Part shown: positions 15,620-25,187 of the stretch, piece after piece
Numbering within the stretch: position 1 is the stretch's first letter
Layout: every line of letters starts with the position of its first letter
Virus record (IMG/VR): IMGVR_UViG_3300012982_000015
Location: 1 to 41,001 of that record
Origin: a virus
Lineage: Duplodnaviria; Caudoviricetes
Length of the DNA: 41,001 bases
Direction: 5' to 3' (one strand)
Notes under the pieces: generated by a model
Told to the model about the DNA's origin: nothing
Seen by the model: the letters and a program-made list of their open reading frames with translations, nothing else
Databases searched by the model: none
Program-made: the position numbers and the translations under genes

Positions 15620-15695
15620 AACTGCTTCCTCCTGAAAGCCCGGGGCACCTTGCGGCGCCACGGGCTGGGTCATCCAACACTCACCCGGACTCGGA

Positions 15696-16643
15696 CTAGG
15701 CCACCGCAGCCAGGAACGCGAAGCCCGCGGCCGGCGCGATGATCTTCTGGTCGTAGTACAGCCCGACCTCGATCAGATCGCTCTCACGCCGCTCTTCGCG
15801 CCACCGCTTCACGATGTAGCCCTGGTTGGCGGGCACGCCGTAGTTCCACAGGAAGTGGGCGCCGAGCGCGACCACCTTTTTCCCGATCGAGGGCGGAGCG
15901 TAGTACAGCAAAAGATTCTTGCCCCAGATGAAGGTCAGCGCGTCCGACTGGCCCTCGGTCGCCGTGTTCTGCAACGCGCGGCCGACCAGAACCTCGTCCA
16001 CGCCGAAGGCGTCGGCCAGCTCCTGCTCGGAGAGCTGGTTCGCCTTCATCGTGTACTTCACGCGGTCGATCACCTTGGGGTGGTTGCGGAGCTGACGGAA
16101 AACCGTCTGGCTGGTCGCGATCTTGTTGGGCATGACGCCGGTCGCCTGCAGGATGGTCTCCTTCTGCAGGTCAATGGCGAGGACGGGATCGGAGTTCGCG
16201 AAGTCCGACCACTGCGAGGTCCCCGCCAGCGTGCTGTTCGGGATCGTGCTGCCCGCGCCGAAGATCTTCGTCGCCAGGTTCACCTCGCGGTTGAGCATGA
16301 TCAGGTCGGTGAGCTGCTCGGTGGTCGTGACGTCAATGTCGGTCGCGGGATCGGCATTGTTGCGGATCGGGTCGGGGATGGCATCGCGGAGGGCGTGTCC
16401 CTCGGCGTTGTAGTTGTCGGTCGAGAGGTTCCAGCCGAAGACCTCGTTGGCTTCCGCTCCGGGAGCACGCTGGTCGTCCACGACCCGGAAGCGCGTCTTG
16501 TCGAAGATGAAATACTTGTCGCTCTTGTTCCCGACCGGGAACATCGGGAAGATGCGGTCGGCGATCATGGCGGGGTTGCGGTACTGAATGCTCACGTTGG
16601 TGAGCGCCTTGTCCAGGTGGACCTGGGAAATTGACGGGGGCAT
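15696..16643 (-). CDS. Major capsid protein (HK97 fold)
   Basis: LTNVSIQYRN...IADRIFP...RAPG...WSD...GVMPN...LRNHP motifs. Confidence 0.93.
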   Translation of the reverse strand: MPPSISQVHLDKALTNVSIQYRNPAMIADRIFPMFPVGNKSDKYFIFDKTRFRVVDDQRAPGAEANEVFGWNLSTDNYNAEGHALRDAIPDPIRNNADPATDIDVTTTEQLTDLIMLNREVNLATKIFGAGSTIPNSTLAGTSQWSDFANSDPVLAIDLQKETILQATGVMPNKIATSQTVFRQLRNHPKVIDRVKYTMKANQLSEQELADAFGVDEVLVGRALQNTATEGQSDALTFIWGKNLLLYYAPPSIGKKVVALGAHFLWNYGVPANQGYIVKRWREERRESDLIEVGLYYDQKIIAPAAGFAFLAAVA

Positions 16644-16798
16644 GCGGCAGCTCCTTCCCGCTCAACGGGACGGCGTTGTCACCCCGCCCGTGGGCGGGAT
16701 TGGCGGCCCTCACTCCAGCGCAGCATTACAGAGGAAGCCACCGCGGTTTATCTTGGGGCGCCCTGCGCCGGCGCCCCAGATCGAGCAGAAAATGCGGC

Positions 16799-17278
16799 CT
16801 AGGCGTGCCGCGAATGAATGTTGAGAGCGACATGGATGATGTCGCCCGCATTCGCCGCCGCCGTCTCGGCCTGGCCGAGCACGTTGACGAGCGTCCCGGC
16901 CGCCTCGCTGACGGTCTTGACGCGGCCCTGGTTGTCGGCCACGTTCACCCAGTCGCCCACCGCAATGGCGCCGGCGGCGATGACGCGGGCGATACCGGCC
17001 TTCGCCACGCGGACGTTCTTGCCCAGTTGGGTGGGCGCGCCGGCGACCGGCGCCTGGCCGCTGGTGATCTGCGCCACGCCGCCGACCCAGGCATTGACAC
17101 CGTTTTCGACGATGTCTTCCTGGGCCACGCCGAGGACGCGCGGCGCGTTGGCTGCGCCGGGCACGGTCGCGTAGCCGGCGCCGTTAACGAGGCCTGCGAC
17201 CAGCGCGGTGTACTTCAAAATGCGCTGGTTCGCGTCGTTGCGATACGTTTTATCGAGAAGGTAAGTTTGTCCTGCCAC
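16799..17278 (-). CDS. Capsid cement/head decoration protein (DUF2190-like)
   Basis: GIARVIAAGAIAVGDWV...GRV...LGQAETAAANAGDII. Confidence 0.85.
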   Translation of the reverse strand: MAGQTYLLDKTYRNDANQRILKYTALVAGLVNGAGYATVPGAANAPRVLGVAQEDIVENGVNAWVGGVAQITSGQAPVAGAPTQLGKNVRVAKAGIARVIAAGAIAVGDWVNVADNQGRVKTVSEAAGTLVNVLGQAETAAANAGDIIHVALNIHSRHA

Positions 17279-17363
17279 TGGCTGTCTCCTCGCCCCTTGG
17301 GGCCGGTCAGAATCTGGACCTGCGGGCCGGATAACCGGCCCGCCTCACTCGCAACAGGGGCGG

Positions 17364-18680
17364 TTAGGCCCGGGTTTTTTGGCGCTGCAGATCGTCGTAT
17401 CGGCCGCGCAGCTCGGGCTTGGCGGCCGACACCAGCTTGAGCGCCTCGCCGTAGCTCGACGCCTTCTTGTCGGAGAGCAGCTGCTTGCAATCCGCGTCCA
17501 TCTCCAAGAAGACCGCGTCCGCGGCGCCCGAGGTCACGGCATCCACGCTCGCGTGGCCGCTCTCGCGGGTGTCGAGCGTCACGCGGCCGCCGCGCTCCTC
17601 GAGGTAGCCGCGCAGCTCACTGAGCGTCAGCCGGCGCAGGTAGCTGCGCTCCTTGGGCAGGATCGTCTTCGCGTCCATCGCCTTTTGCAGCAGGGCTTCC
17701 CGCTCGCGGCCCTCGAAGACCTCGCTCGCGATCAGTGAGTCCGCCGGGGGCGTCCACGAGGCGAAGTCCGGGGCGCCCTTGTCGGGGCCGTCCTTCTTCA
17801 GCGGGACGTCGGTGAGCAGCACGACCTTGCGCTTGAAGCGGTCACGCACCGCCGCGATCTGCGCGTCGAGCTGCCTGCCCCCGACGCCGGTGATCTCGGA
17901 GAGCGTCTGCGCGGTGCGCTCGGTCATGGCCACGGCATCGTCGCCGCCGTCATCGAGCGCTTCCTTCACGTCCTTGGGATCGGCAAAGTAGTCGTTGCCG
18001 TCCGCGAAATCGGCGTGCTTCATCGCGAGCATTCCGGATTTGTCGCCCGCCTTGATGCGGGAGACGTTGAGCTTCTTCATGGCGTTCTCCTTCCCGCTGG
18101 CAGCGGGCGTGTCGGTCATTGCGGACTCAACGTGGACCTGGTCGACGTCCACGAGCCGAAAGTCCCGGTCGCTGAGGGTCAGGGCCGGCAGTTCCTCGAG
18201 GAACGGCCGGTTGGTCAGCGCCAGGCTGGTAAGAGTGGCCCCCTGCGGCTGGCCGGTGCGCTTGTCGCGCTCCGACCAGACGATGGCGGGGGAGACGTAC
18301 TTGTATTTCTTCGCGGCGATCATCGCGCGGGCCTCGTCGGTAAACTCGACGTCGGCGTAGAGCATGCGCTCGCCGGCGGCGGGCGGGACGATCGCCTTCA
18401 CCCATCCGGCCGCGGTGACCGGCCCCATGGGAATCGGGAACTCCGACTGGTGCTCGTAGTCCACCACGACGTCATCCTTGGCGCGGCCATCGGTGCCGAG
18501 TTTGGAGAAGTTGGCCGCGATCCTCTCGAAATCGGCCGGCGTGATGGTGAACTTCTGGCCGGCCTTGACCCACGAACCGGTCACCGCGATCGGCAGGCGC
18601 GTCAGGCTGCCCGGGTCGGACAGCGTGATCGCGTCCAGCCGGACGACGAAATGCGGTTGCAGGATGGTGGCGGTGGCCAT
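17364..18680 (-). CDS. Mu-type prohead protease/scaffold (gpI/Z-like)
   Basis: VDYEH, AAGWV, VEFT, YKYVSP, ALTNRPFL motifs; charged C-terminal scaffold. Confidence 0.92.
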   Translation of the reverse strand: MATATILQPHFVVRLDAITLSDPGSLTRLPIAVTGSWVKAGQKFTITPADFERIAANFSKLGTDGRAKDDVVVDYEHQSEFPIPMGPVTAAGWVKAIVPPAAGERMLYADVEFTDEARAMIAAKKYKYVSPAIVWSERDKRTGQPQGATLTSLALTNRPFLEELPALTLSDRDFRLVDVDQVHVESAMTDTPAASGKENAMKKLNVSRIKAGDKSGMLAMKHADFADGNDYFADPKDVKEALDDGGDDAVAMTERTAQTLSEITGVGGRQLDAQIAAVRDRFKRKVVLLTDVPLKKDGPDKGAPDFASWTPPADSLIASEVFEGREREALLQKAMDAKTILPKERSYLRRLTLSELRGYLEERGGRVTLDTRESGHASVDAVTSGAADAVFLEMDADCKQLLSDKKASSYGEALKLVSAAKPELRGRYDDLQRQKTRA

Positions 18681-18723
18681 GTGTTCTCTGTGTCTGTGCT
18701 AAGCGTCTGGGTGCCGGCCGGCG

Positions 18724-19407
18724 CTACCGGACCACCAGGAATTTGTAGACGCCCGGCGCCGGCGTACAGGCGGCGGCGGTGCCGACGTAGAAATCGAGTG
18801 ACACGACATTGGTGGCCGTCGCGCGCGCTCCGACCGGGGGACAGAGCGCGGTAGGCGCCGGCGCCGAGAAGAGATATGTCGTGTCGCCCGCCAGCGCCCC
18901 GGTCAAGGTGAAGGTCTGGGTGGCGACGCCGATGGTGGCCGCCGTCGCGGTCGGCGTGATGGACGCCGTCGAGAGGACGAAGGCGCCCGACAGCGAGATG
19001 GACGGGAAACCGGTGTCCTGCCAGGGATACTGCACCGTGGTGACGGCGGAGACGCTGGTCTGCACGAAGGCGAGAATGCTGTTGCCGGACGCCTGGGCCG
19101 TGGCGATAGATGTGGTCGCCGCGATCGTGCCGGTCGAGTTGGAGTAGATGATGTTGCAGGCGGTGTAGGTCGGGCGCGCGCAGGCGTTCTGCGAAGCGGC
19201 AAGGCTTCCGACCGATCCGGAGGCGACCGCCACCGGCCCGTTGCCGAGGTAGAGGCTGCCGGCGGTGTAGTTGACCGCGAGGCCGGTGCCGGCGGTGACG
19301 TAGGGCGCCTGGAAGAACGCCCCCTGGTAGGCGGTGCCGGGCGCGGCCTGGGCCATTGCGGCCGCGGCCAACGCCAGAACGAACAGCAAAACAGACTTGA
19401 GTTTCAT
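18724..19407 (-). CDS. Thr/Ala-rich beta protein with Sec-type signal peptide, between portal and protease, 227 aa
   Basis: MKLKSVLLFVLALAAAAMA-Q; RBS GAGGAG; start reassigned to 19407. Confidence 0.7.
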   Translation of the reverse strand: MKLKSVLLFVLALAAAAMAQAAPGTAYQGAFFQAPYVTAGTGLAVNYTAGSLYLGNGPVAVASGSVGSLAASQNACARPTYTACNIIYSNSTGTIAATTSIATAQASGNSILAFVQTSVSAVTTVQYPWQDTGFPSISLSGAFVLSTASITPTATAATIGVATQTFTLTGALAGDTTYLFSAPAPTALCPPVGARATATNVVSLDFYVGTAAACTPAPGVYKFLVVR

Positions 19408-19433
19408 CGCATCTCCTCGGTAGTTATTCGGCT

Positions 19434-21803
19434 TCATGCCGCACTCTCCACTTCGTCACGGAACGTCGCCACGATCACGCAGCGGCACCGGTCGCCGCCT
19501 TCGCAGTCGGGATTCGGGGTGTCGGGCAGGTCGGCTTCCTGGGCCGCCTCCTGGCCGTCGGCTCCTTCGCACACCTCGCAGGTGTCGATGTCGAGCAGCG
19601 CGGAGTAGGCGTAGCTCTTGATCTCGTCCGCGAACTCGGCGAACGCATGGCTGCGGCCATCGCTGTACGCCTCGTTCGTGGCCTCGGCCGCGAGGCCGTC
19701 GATCCAGGCGTCCTTGGCGTCTTCGAGATCCTGCTGCGCCTGAATGAGCGCCTCGCCCTTGGTGTCGGCGCCGGGATTCTTTTTGAAGTCGAGCGCCCGG
19801 TTCACGCTGCGCTGCGTGAGGTTGTTGGTCAGCTCGACGACCGCCGCTTGGGCGTAGAGCTGCAGTGCGTCGTCGTCCGCCGCGGCGTCTACGGCTCCAG
19901 TGGCCGCGTCCGCCGCCAGCAGCTTGCCGGTCTTGGGGTTGACCGGGGGCTTGCCGGCGAGCTGCCGGCCGCGCTCGGCAGCCACCTGGCGGCGGCCATC
20001 CTGCTGCACCAAACGCAGCTCGCGCGCGATCGCCGCCACCAGCCTGGGGTCGGCCGGCACGCTGACCTGGTGCATGCGCCCGGTGGGCGCGCCCATGGCC
20101 TTGTGCAGCGCCTCGGCGACGATGGCGGGCTTGGCGGCGCGCAGCTCCGCGGCCACACGTCCCTTGCCGTCGCCGAGCGTCGTCACCATGTCGGACAGCG
20201 AGAGCGAGAGCTCCGCGCCGCGTGGCGCGCGCCTGACCTTGACGCCCTCGACTTCGGCAAGCAGCAGTATTCCTCCGGACCGTGGCGTGCGACCGGCCGG
20301 CGACTCGCTCGCCTTGACCTCGGTCTTCGCCTCGTCGGCGATCGCGTTGGGATCGTCGTCGCTGACGCGCACCACGGTGGCCGCGTAGCGCGGCCGCGAT
20401 TTGCCGCGCTCCGGCAGGCTCATCGCGTCGCGGAGCGCGTCCTCCATCTCGTCGTCCGGGTGCACGACGTCCACCTTGTCGAGCGCGAGCTTGCCGAGGA
20501 TCTCCGCCACCTGCGAGAGCGAGACGTAATGCACGCGCGGCGCAACCAGCGTCGGATAGCCGGACGGCCGCTTGGCGGGACCGCCCGGCAGCGACTTCGA
20601 CTTGACGGCGCCGACGCCCTCGTAGTTCAGATCCACCAGGTCGCGCACCGTCGAGTGGTTGATTCGGAAGTAGACCTGGTTGGTGAACGCCTGCGCGGCG
20701 ATGAAAAAGAAGTCCTGCTGCGAGACGCCCAGCGCACGGTTGCCGGTCGCCGCCTGCCCCGCGTCCATGAACATGGCCAGGGCACACTTCGAAATCTGCT
20801 CGTTGTGATGCCGGATCGATTCCTTGCAGTCGCGGACCTGACCCATCACGCCCTTGAGTGACAGCTTGACGCCCGGCGGCATGTAGGCGCCGGCGGACTC
20901 GTGGCTGGCCAGGTTGGTCAAAAACGTGAAGGCGATCTGCTTGTCCTCGGTGCTCAGGCCCTTCCCGCCGGGTTCGTGTTCGATCACGGGCACGCCCAGG
21001 CCGTTGCGCTCGCAGGCAATGCCGTCGATCGCGTAGAGCTGCTCCTTGTAGTACCAGTGCTTGTAGGCGGCGCGCAGCACCGAGCGACCAAAGAAGTTCG
21101 CGCCCTCCTGCTGGAACGTGAACAGCCCCAGCTTCCAGGCGGGGATGTCGACGTTCTTGAAGTTGTTGCCGCCGTAGCCGTACTGCTGCAGCGCGATCAG
21201 CGACTCGCCGTCGTCCTCGGTGAGAAACCGGTAGAAGGTCAGCGGCAGGCGGGGTGCGAGCTTCGCGATCTGGATCTGGTCGCCGGCGACGCGGTAGACC
21301 TTCTCGTAAGCGGCGCAACCGAAGTCGAGGCCGAGCAGGAGGTTTTCGACGACGTCTCCCCAGTTCTGCGAGATCTTCTGGCCGCCCTTCGAGATGAACT
21401 CGAGGCCGCCGAACAGGTTGTCCTCCACCATCTTCGCGATCTCGACGTCGATCGGGCTGTTACTGGCGGGCTCGACGCGGCCGTCGCCGGCGCGCGATCG
21501 CACCGGCAGCTTCAGCACCGCGAGCGTCGCCGCCACCTGCGCATCGCCGCGCCGCATCTGCTCGTAGACCCGCATGCCGTCGCGGCCGTAGAGATCGCCG
21601 CGGTACTCGCCCAGGTCCTGGACGAAGCCCGAGATGATCGGGGTGCCGGCAACGCCCAGCTCCTGAAAGCGCGAGACCTCCTCGGATTCCTTGAGCGCCG
21701 CCGCCGAGGTCATCGTGCCCGAGCCGAGCGGCCCGGTCGTGGCGATCGGCACGGCAGCTTGCTCGGTGCCGTTAAAGCTCAGGCTGAAGGGGCCGAGGCG
21801 CAT
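19434..21803 (-). CDS. Portal protein (Mu gp29/DUF935-like) fused to MuF (gp30-like) head morphogenesis domain
   Basis: FFGRSVLRAAY, ERNGLGVPV portal motifs; C-terminal YSALLDIDTCEVC...PNPDCEGGDRCRC MuF motif in the same frame. Confidence 0.88.
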   Translation of the reverse strand: MRLGPFSLSFNGTEQAAVPIATTGPLGSGTMTSAAALKESEEVSRFQELGVAGTPIISGFVQDLGEYRGDLYGRDGMRVYEQMRRGDAQVAATLAVLKLPVRSRAGDGRVEPASNSPIDVEIAKMVEDNLFGGLEFISKGGQKISQNWGDVVENLLLGLDFGCAAYEKVYRVAGDQIQIAKLAPRLPLTFYRFLTEDDGESLIALQQYGYGGNNFKNVDIPAWKLGLFTFQQEGANFFGRSVLRAAYKHWYYKEQLYAIDGIACERNGLGVPVIEHEPGGKGLSTEDKQIAFTFLTNLASHESAGAYMPPGVKLSLKGVMGQVRDCKESIRHHNEQISKCALAMFMDAGQAATGNRALGVSQQDFFFIAAQAFTNQVYFRINHSTVRDLVDLNYEGVGAVKSKSLPGGPAKRPSGYPTLVAPRVHYVSLSQVAEILGKLALDKVDVVHPDDEMEDALRDAMSLPERGKSRPRYAATVVRVSDDDPNAIADEAKTEVKASESPAGRTPRSGGILLLAEVEGVKVRRAPRGAELSLSLSDMVTTLGDGKGRVAAELRAAKPAIVAEALHKAMGAPTGRMHQVSVPADPRLVAAIARELRLVQQDGRRQVAAERGRQLAGKPPVNPKTGKLLAADAATGAVDAAADDDALQLYAQAAVVELTNNLTQRSVNRALDFKKNPGADTKGEALIQAQQDLEDAKDAWIDGLAAEATNEAYSDGRSHAFAEFADEIKSYAYSALLDIDTCEVCEGADGQEAAQEADLPDTPNPDCEGGDRCRCVIVATFRDEVESAA

Positions 21804-23185
21804 TAGAACCGCCCTCCTGCCCCGGCCATCAGCGGCGAGCCGAATAACGCCGCATCCCGGAACGAGGTCGCCTGCTGCGAGGCCGCCGAGATCGCCAGCG
21901 CCAGCGCCCAGAACTCGTCGGCGTGGCCGGCGTCGGTGCGCGCGGCGTCGAAGCGCAGGTTGCCGTTCGAGCTGACGTAGCGCTTGACGGCGTGAATCGC
22001 GCGGCGGACGGCGGGGGATGCCGGGATGCGCAGCGTGCGATCCTCAAACGCCCGCTTGGTCTCGACCGCCATCGCCTCCTTGGTCTGCTGCGTGAACTGC
22101 ACGCGCTCGATCTTGTGGCCCCAGCGCCCGTGCAGCCGCTCGGCCAGCATGTCGCCGACGCTGCCGTGGCTGGCGTCCACCGCGAGGCGCGTGACATGGG
22201 GCATCACCGCGTCCACCGTCGCCTCCTGCTCGGCGAAGGGCATGCGGGTCATGGTGGTGACCGCGCGCGTCACGAGGAGATCGCCGACGCGCAACGCGAT
22301 CCAGAGGATCGAGCGGTCCTTGTGCCGCCCGATGTCGAGGCCGGCGTAGAGCGGGGCGCAGAGCGCGAGGTCCGAATCGAGCGTCGCGAGATCGCTCTCC
22401 GCCGCGGTAATCAGGTCGTAAGGGATGTAGTTCTCGCCGTCCGAAAGAAACTGGCAGCAGTACTCCTGCAGGAACGTGTCCTCGTCGTCGGCCAGCTCGC
22501 GGCAGTCCTCGACCGTGACCGGGAAGCCCTGGGCGACGGCGTCGTAGATGTCGACCCAATGGCTGGACCAGATGCCGTGCTGCCGCTGGGTGGGCGCGGC
22601 GCCCGTCGCGAGCCCGGCCTTGCGGCACAGCTCGTAGTACTTGCCGGTCTGGTAGTTGGGCGTCGAGACGACCAGCAGGCGGTGGCCCAGCATGGTGGCG
22701 GCGCCGGCCGCCTTCCACAGCTTGTGGCTGTTCTGGTGAAAGCCGAACTCGTCCAGGAAGACGTTGCCGCCGAAGCCGCGCAGCGCGTCGGGATGCGCCG
22801 TCATGGCGCTGATCACCGACTTGTTCGGGAGCTGCGCCTCGAGCTTCATCACCCGCACGTCACCGAAGAACAGGTCGGTCGGGATCTCGTCGATCGCGAG
22901 CTGGTGCCCGTAGCCCTTGAAGCGCTTCTCGGCGAGCTGCATGGCGGCGAAGTGGTTGGCCACCTCGAGCATCGCCTCCTTGGCGGTGTCCTGGGTGCGG
23001 CTCACGATGCGCCACTTCGTGCGCTGGTCGGCCGAGGCGTCGGCGATCTCGAGCGTCGACGCGAAGGTGAAGCCGATGCGCCGCGACTTCACCGCGATCT
23101 TGCGGCGCGAGCGGTCGTTGAACCAGTCGAGCTGGTAGGGCCGCAGGGGAACCGCGGCGGAGATCTCAGGCTGCGACGATGCCAT
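21803..23185 (-). CDS. Terminase large subunit (Mu gp28-like), 460 aa
   Basis: LRPYQ, KSRRIGFT, VFLDEFGF, VVSTP, AGLDIGR, GHADEFWALALA; start reassigned to 23185. Confidence 0.95.
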   Translation of the reverse strand: MASSQPEISAAVPLRPYQLDWFNDRSRRKIAVKSRRIGFTFASTLEIADASADQRTKWRIVSRTQDTAKEAMLEVANHFAAMQLAEKRFKGYGHQLAIDEIPTDLFFGDVRVMKLEAQLPNKSVISAMTAHPDALRGFGGNVFLDEFGFHQNSHKLWKAAGAATMLGHRLLVVSTPNYQTGKYYELCRKAGLATGAAPTQRQHGIWSSHWVDIYDAVAQGFPVTVEDCRELADDEDTFLQEYCCQFLSDGENYIPYDLITAAESDLATLDSDLALCAPLYAGLDIGRHKDRSILWIALRVGDLLVTRAVTTMTRMPFAEQEATVDAVMPHVTRLAVDASHGSVGDMLAERLHGRWGHKIERVQFTQQTKEAMAVETKRAFEDRTLRIPASPAVRRAIHAVKRYVSSNGNLRFDAARTDAGHADEFWALALAISAASQQATSFRDAALFGSPLMAGAGGRF

Positions 23186-23726
23186 AGACCTCCTCGCGGA
23201 TTTTGCGCTTGGTTTCCTCGTCGAGGTTGCGCGCCTCGACCAGTGCCGCATCGATGGCGCGCGTGGCCTTCTGCGCCTTCTCCTGGATCTGTTCGAGCTT
23301 CAGGTCCAGCTCGCGCTTCTGCTGCTCGAGCTGTGCCCGCTGCTGCGCGATGTGCTCGTACTGCACCTGCAGCCAGCCCACCTTGATCGGGTCGGCGTCG
23401 GCCAGCTTGTGCTGGTTTTGCAAAAACGACTGCACCAGGTTCATGCGCACCAGCTCGCCCGACTGCAGCGCGCCGTGCTGCTCGATCACCTTCAGCGCCG
23501 CCTCGGCCTGCGTGGTGGCCATCTCGAGGATCCTCGCCTGCCGGGAGTACTTCTGCTGGTGGTAGCGCTGCAGCGTCGAGAGGTGCAGCTTGCCCGGCGC
23601 CTTGCGGGTCGCGGCGACGTGGTCCACGATCTCGCTGTAGGTGTAGCCCTGCGCGATCATGCGATCCACCAGCTTCCGGGTCTCTTCCCAGCCCGGGCGG
23701 TCGAGGAGTAGGGTGGTGCGCCGCAT
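23166..23726 (-). CDS. Terminase small subunit (Mu gp27/DUF3486-like)
   Basis: TYSEIV...LSTLQRY HTH, coiled coil, IREEVYGI C-terminus; directly upstream of large subunit. Confidence 0.85.
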   Translation of the reverse strand: MRRTTLLLDRPGWEETRKLVDRMIAQGYTYSEIVDHVAATRKAPGKLHLSTLQRYHQQKYSRQARILEMATTQAEAALKVIEQHGALQSGELVRMNLVQSFLQNQHKLADADPIKVGWLQVQYEHIAQQRAQLEQQKRELDLKLEQIQEKAQKATRAIDAALVEARNLDEETKRKIREEVYGIVAA

Positions 23727-23728
23727 GG

Positions 23729-24055
23729 TCAGCCCCGCGCCACCCCTGGCTCACCGGCGTTGCGGCCGTCGAGGAAGTCGACGCCGGCGTTCCTGAGGCG
23801 CGCCCCCTGGATCACGTTGCGCCGGCGCGTCTCGGGATCGTCCTTCCGCACCAACTCGATGAAGCCGAGATCGGCGAGATACTGCAGATGAAACCGCACG
23901 TCCTCGTCGCTCATGGCGTGGTCGAGCAGATCGAGCGTGTTGCCGAGCACCTCGACGCTCACAAAATGGCCGAAGTCGTCGAGCAGCACCTTGAGCAGAT
24001 CGCGGCGCTGGATCTCGTACTTGGCCCGCTGGCGTGCCTTGGTGAAGTTAGCCAC
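23729..24055 (-). CDS. Mu gp26-like winged-helix protein
   Basis: HLQYLADLGFI...GVDFLDG...PGVAR; conserved position upstream of gp27. Confidence 0.8.
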   Translation of the reverse strand: MANFTKARQRAKYEIQRRDLLKVLLDDFGHFVSVEVLGNTLDLLDHAMSDEDVRFHLQYLADLGFIELVRKDDPETRRRNVIQGARLRNAGVDFLDGRNAGEPGVARG

Positions 24056-24395
24056 GCTCGTGGATCTCCTTGACGAGATCGTTCATCTCGTTCTGCTTGG
24101 CCGCCATGGTGCGCATGGCGCGATACATCGCCTCCTGGTCGCTGCGCGCATGGTCGAAGGACTCCGAGATGCGCTTCATGGAGATCGCGGCATCCTCCTG
24201 CGCCCGCAGGAAGCGGTCCACGCTGACCTTGCCGAACTCGGTGACGGCGTCGAGCTGCTTGGCCTTGACGTCGCCGACGCGATCGATCCAGCGCGACCCC
24301 AGCCGGAAGATCACCATCGCCAGGATGGCGACGATCAGCAGCTCGGGCGCCTTGTCCGCGAGTGCCTTCCAGCCGTAGTAGGTCAGTGGGTCCAT
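24048..24395 (-). CDS. Single-TM coiled-coil protein (Mu gp25-position; holin- or spanin-like), 115 aa
   Basis: N-terminal TM, helical C-terminus; start reassigned to 24395. Confidence 0.6.
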   Translation of the reverse strand: MDPLTYYGWKALADKAPELLIVAILAMVIFRLGSRWIDRVGDVKAKQLDAVTEFGKVSVDRFLRAQEDAAISMKRISESFDHARSDQEAMYRAMRTMAAKQNEMNDLVKEIHERG

Positions 24396-24405
24396 GTGTC
24401 GTACG

Positions 24406-24603
24406 TCAGTCTCTTTCCCGTGCCGCTCTCGCCTCCGCGTACTGCATATCCACCCAACAAAGCCGGCAGAACTCGCCACTCAGCGCCCGTCGTCTGCCGC
24501 ATCCCTTGCAGATCCACTGCGGCGTCTGCTTGGGCTCGCCGTGCAGGCTGACCACGATGGGTCGGCCCTGCGAGAACCGGATCACCGGTCCGTCATCCGG
24601 CAT
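24406..24603 (-). CDS. Small C4 zinc-finger protein
   Basis: CKGC...CRLC; Mu-like phages often have a C4 finger at this position. Confidence 0.55.
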   Translation of the reverse strand: MPDDGPVIRFSQGRPIVVSLHGEPKQTPQWICKGCGRRRALSGEFCRLCWVDMQYAEARAARERD

Positions 24604-24850
24604 GCCCGGCCTTCGACTCGAGCTGCGCGGGCGCGTCGGCGCCGAGCAGCGTGACCAGGTCGGCGAAGTCGGCGCTGCTCACCGTCGTCTTGTCGCCTCG
24701 CGCCGCCTTGCGGATGGCGATGCGCGAGAGCGCGTGCTCGACCACGGCCGCGGCCAGCGCGGCAGCCTCGGCGTACGGCAACGTCGGGGCGGCCGCCGCC
24801 ACCACGGCGGCGATCTGTGCGATCCAACTCAGGAGTTCGAGGGGTGTCAT
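24593..24850 (-). CDS. Small hydrophobic protein in lysis region
   Basis: Ala-rich hydrophobic N-terminal half; coupled ORF. Confidence 0.55.
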   Translation of the reverse strand: MTPLELLSWIAQIAAVVAAAAPTLPYAEAAALAAAVVEHALSRIAIRKAARGDKTTVSSADFADLVTLLGADAPAQLESKAGHAG

Positions 24851-25149
24851 TGGGGTCCTTTGGTGGTGGCTTTGGCGTCGCGCATAAAGGCGTAGAGCGT
24901 CGTCCCTTCAGTTCGAAGACCGACGCGAATGCCCCGGTGGTACATGAGCGAGTAGAGGTTCTTCCTGAGCTTGTGTGCCTCGCGCTCGCTATCGCAGACG
25001 ATCTTCAGGGCGCGGCCGGTGGGTGTGCCCGTCACGACGGTGACCAACGGCTCGAGCTTCGAGACGCGCTTGCGCGCGATGGCCGGGACTTCCGCCATCG
25101 GGACTGTCGAGATCCGCGGGCCGGCTGTTTTGTGTTTGGTCTCGGTCAT
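24847..25149 (-). CDS. Basic hypothetical protein, possible DNA-binding
   Basis: 100 aa, K/R-rich alpha/beta pattern. Confidence 0.55.
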   Translation of the reverse strand: MTETKHKTAGPRISTVPMAEVPAIARKRVSKLEPLVTVVTGTPTGRALKIVCDSEREAHKLRKNLYSLMYHRGIRVGLRTEGTTLYAFMRDAKATTKGPQ

Positions 25150-25187
25150 GTCGTGCTCGGAGTGTCTGGGATCTGCGACCGTGGGGG

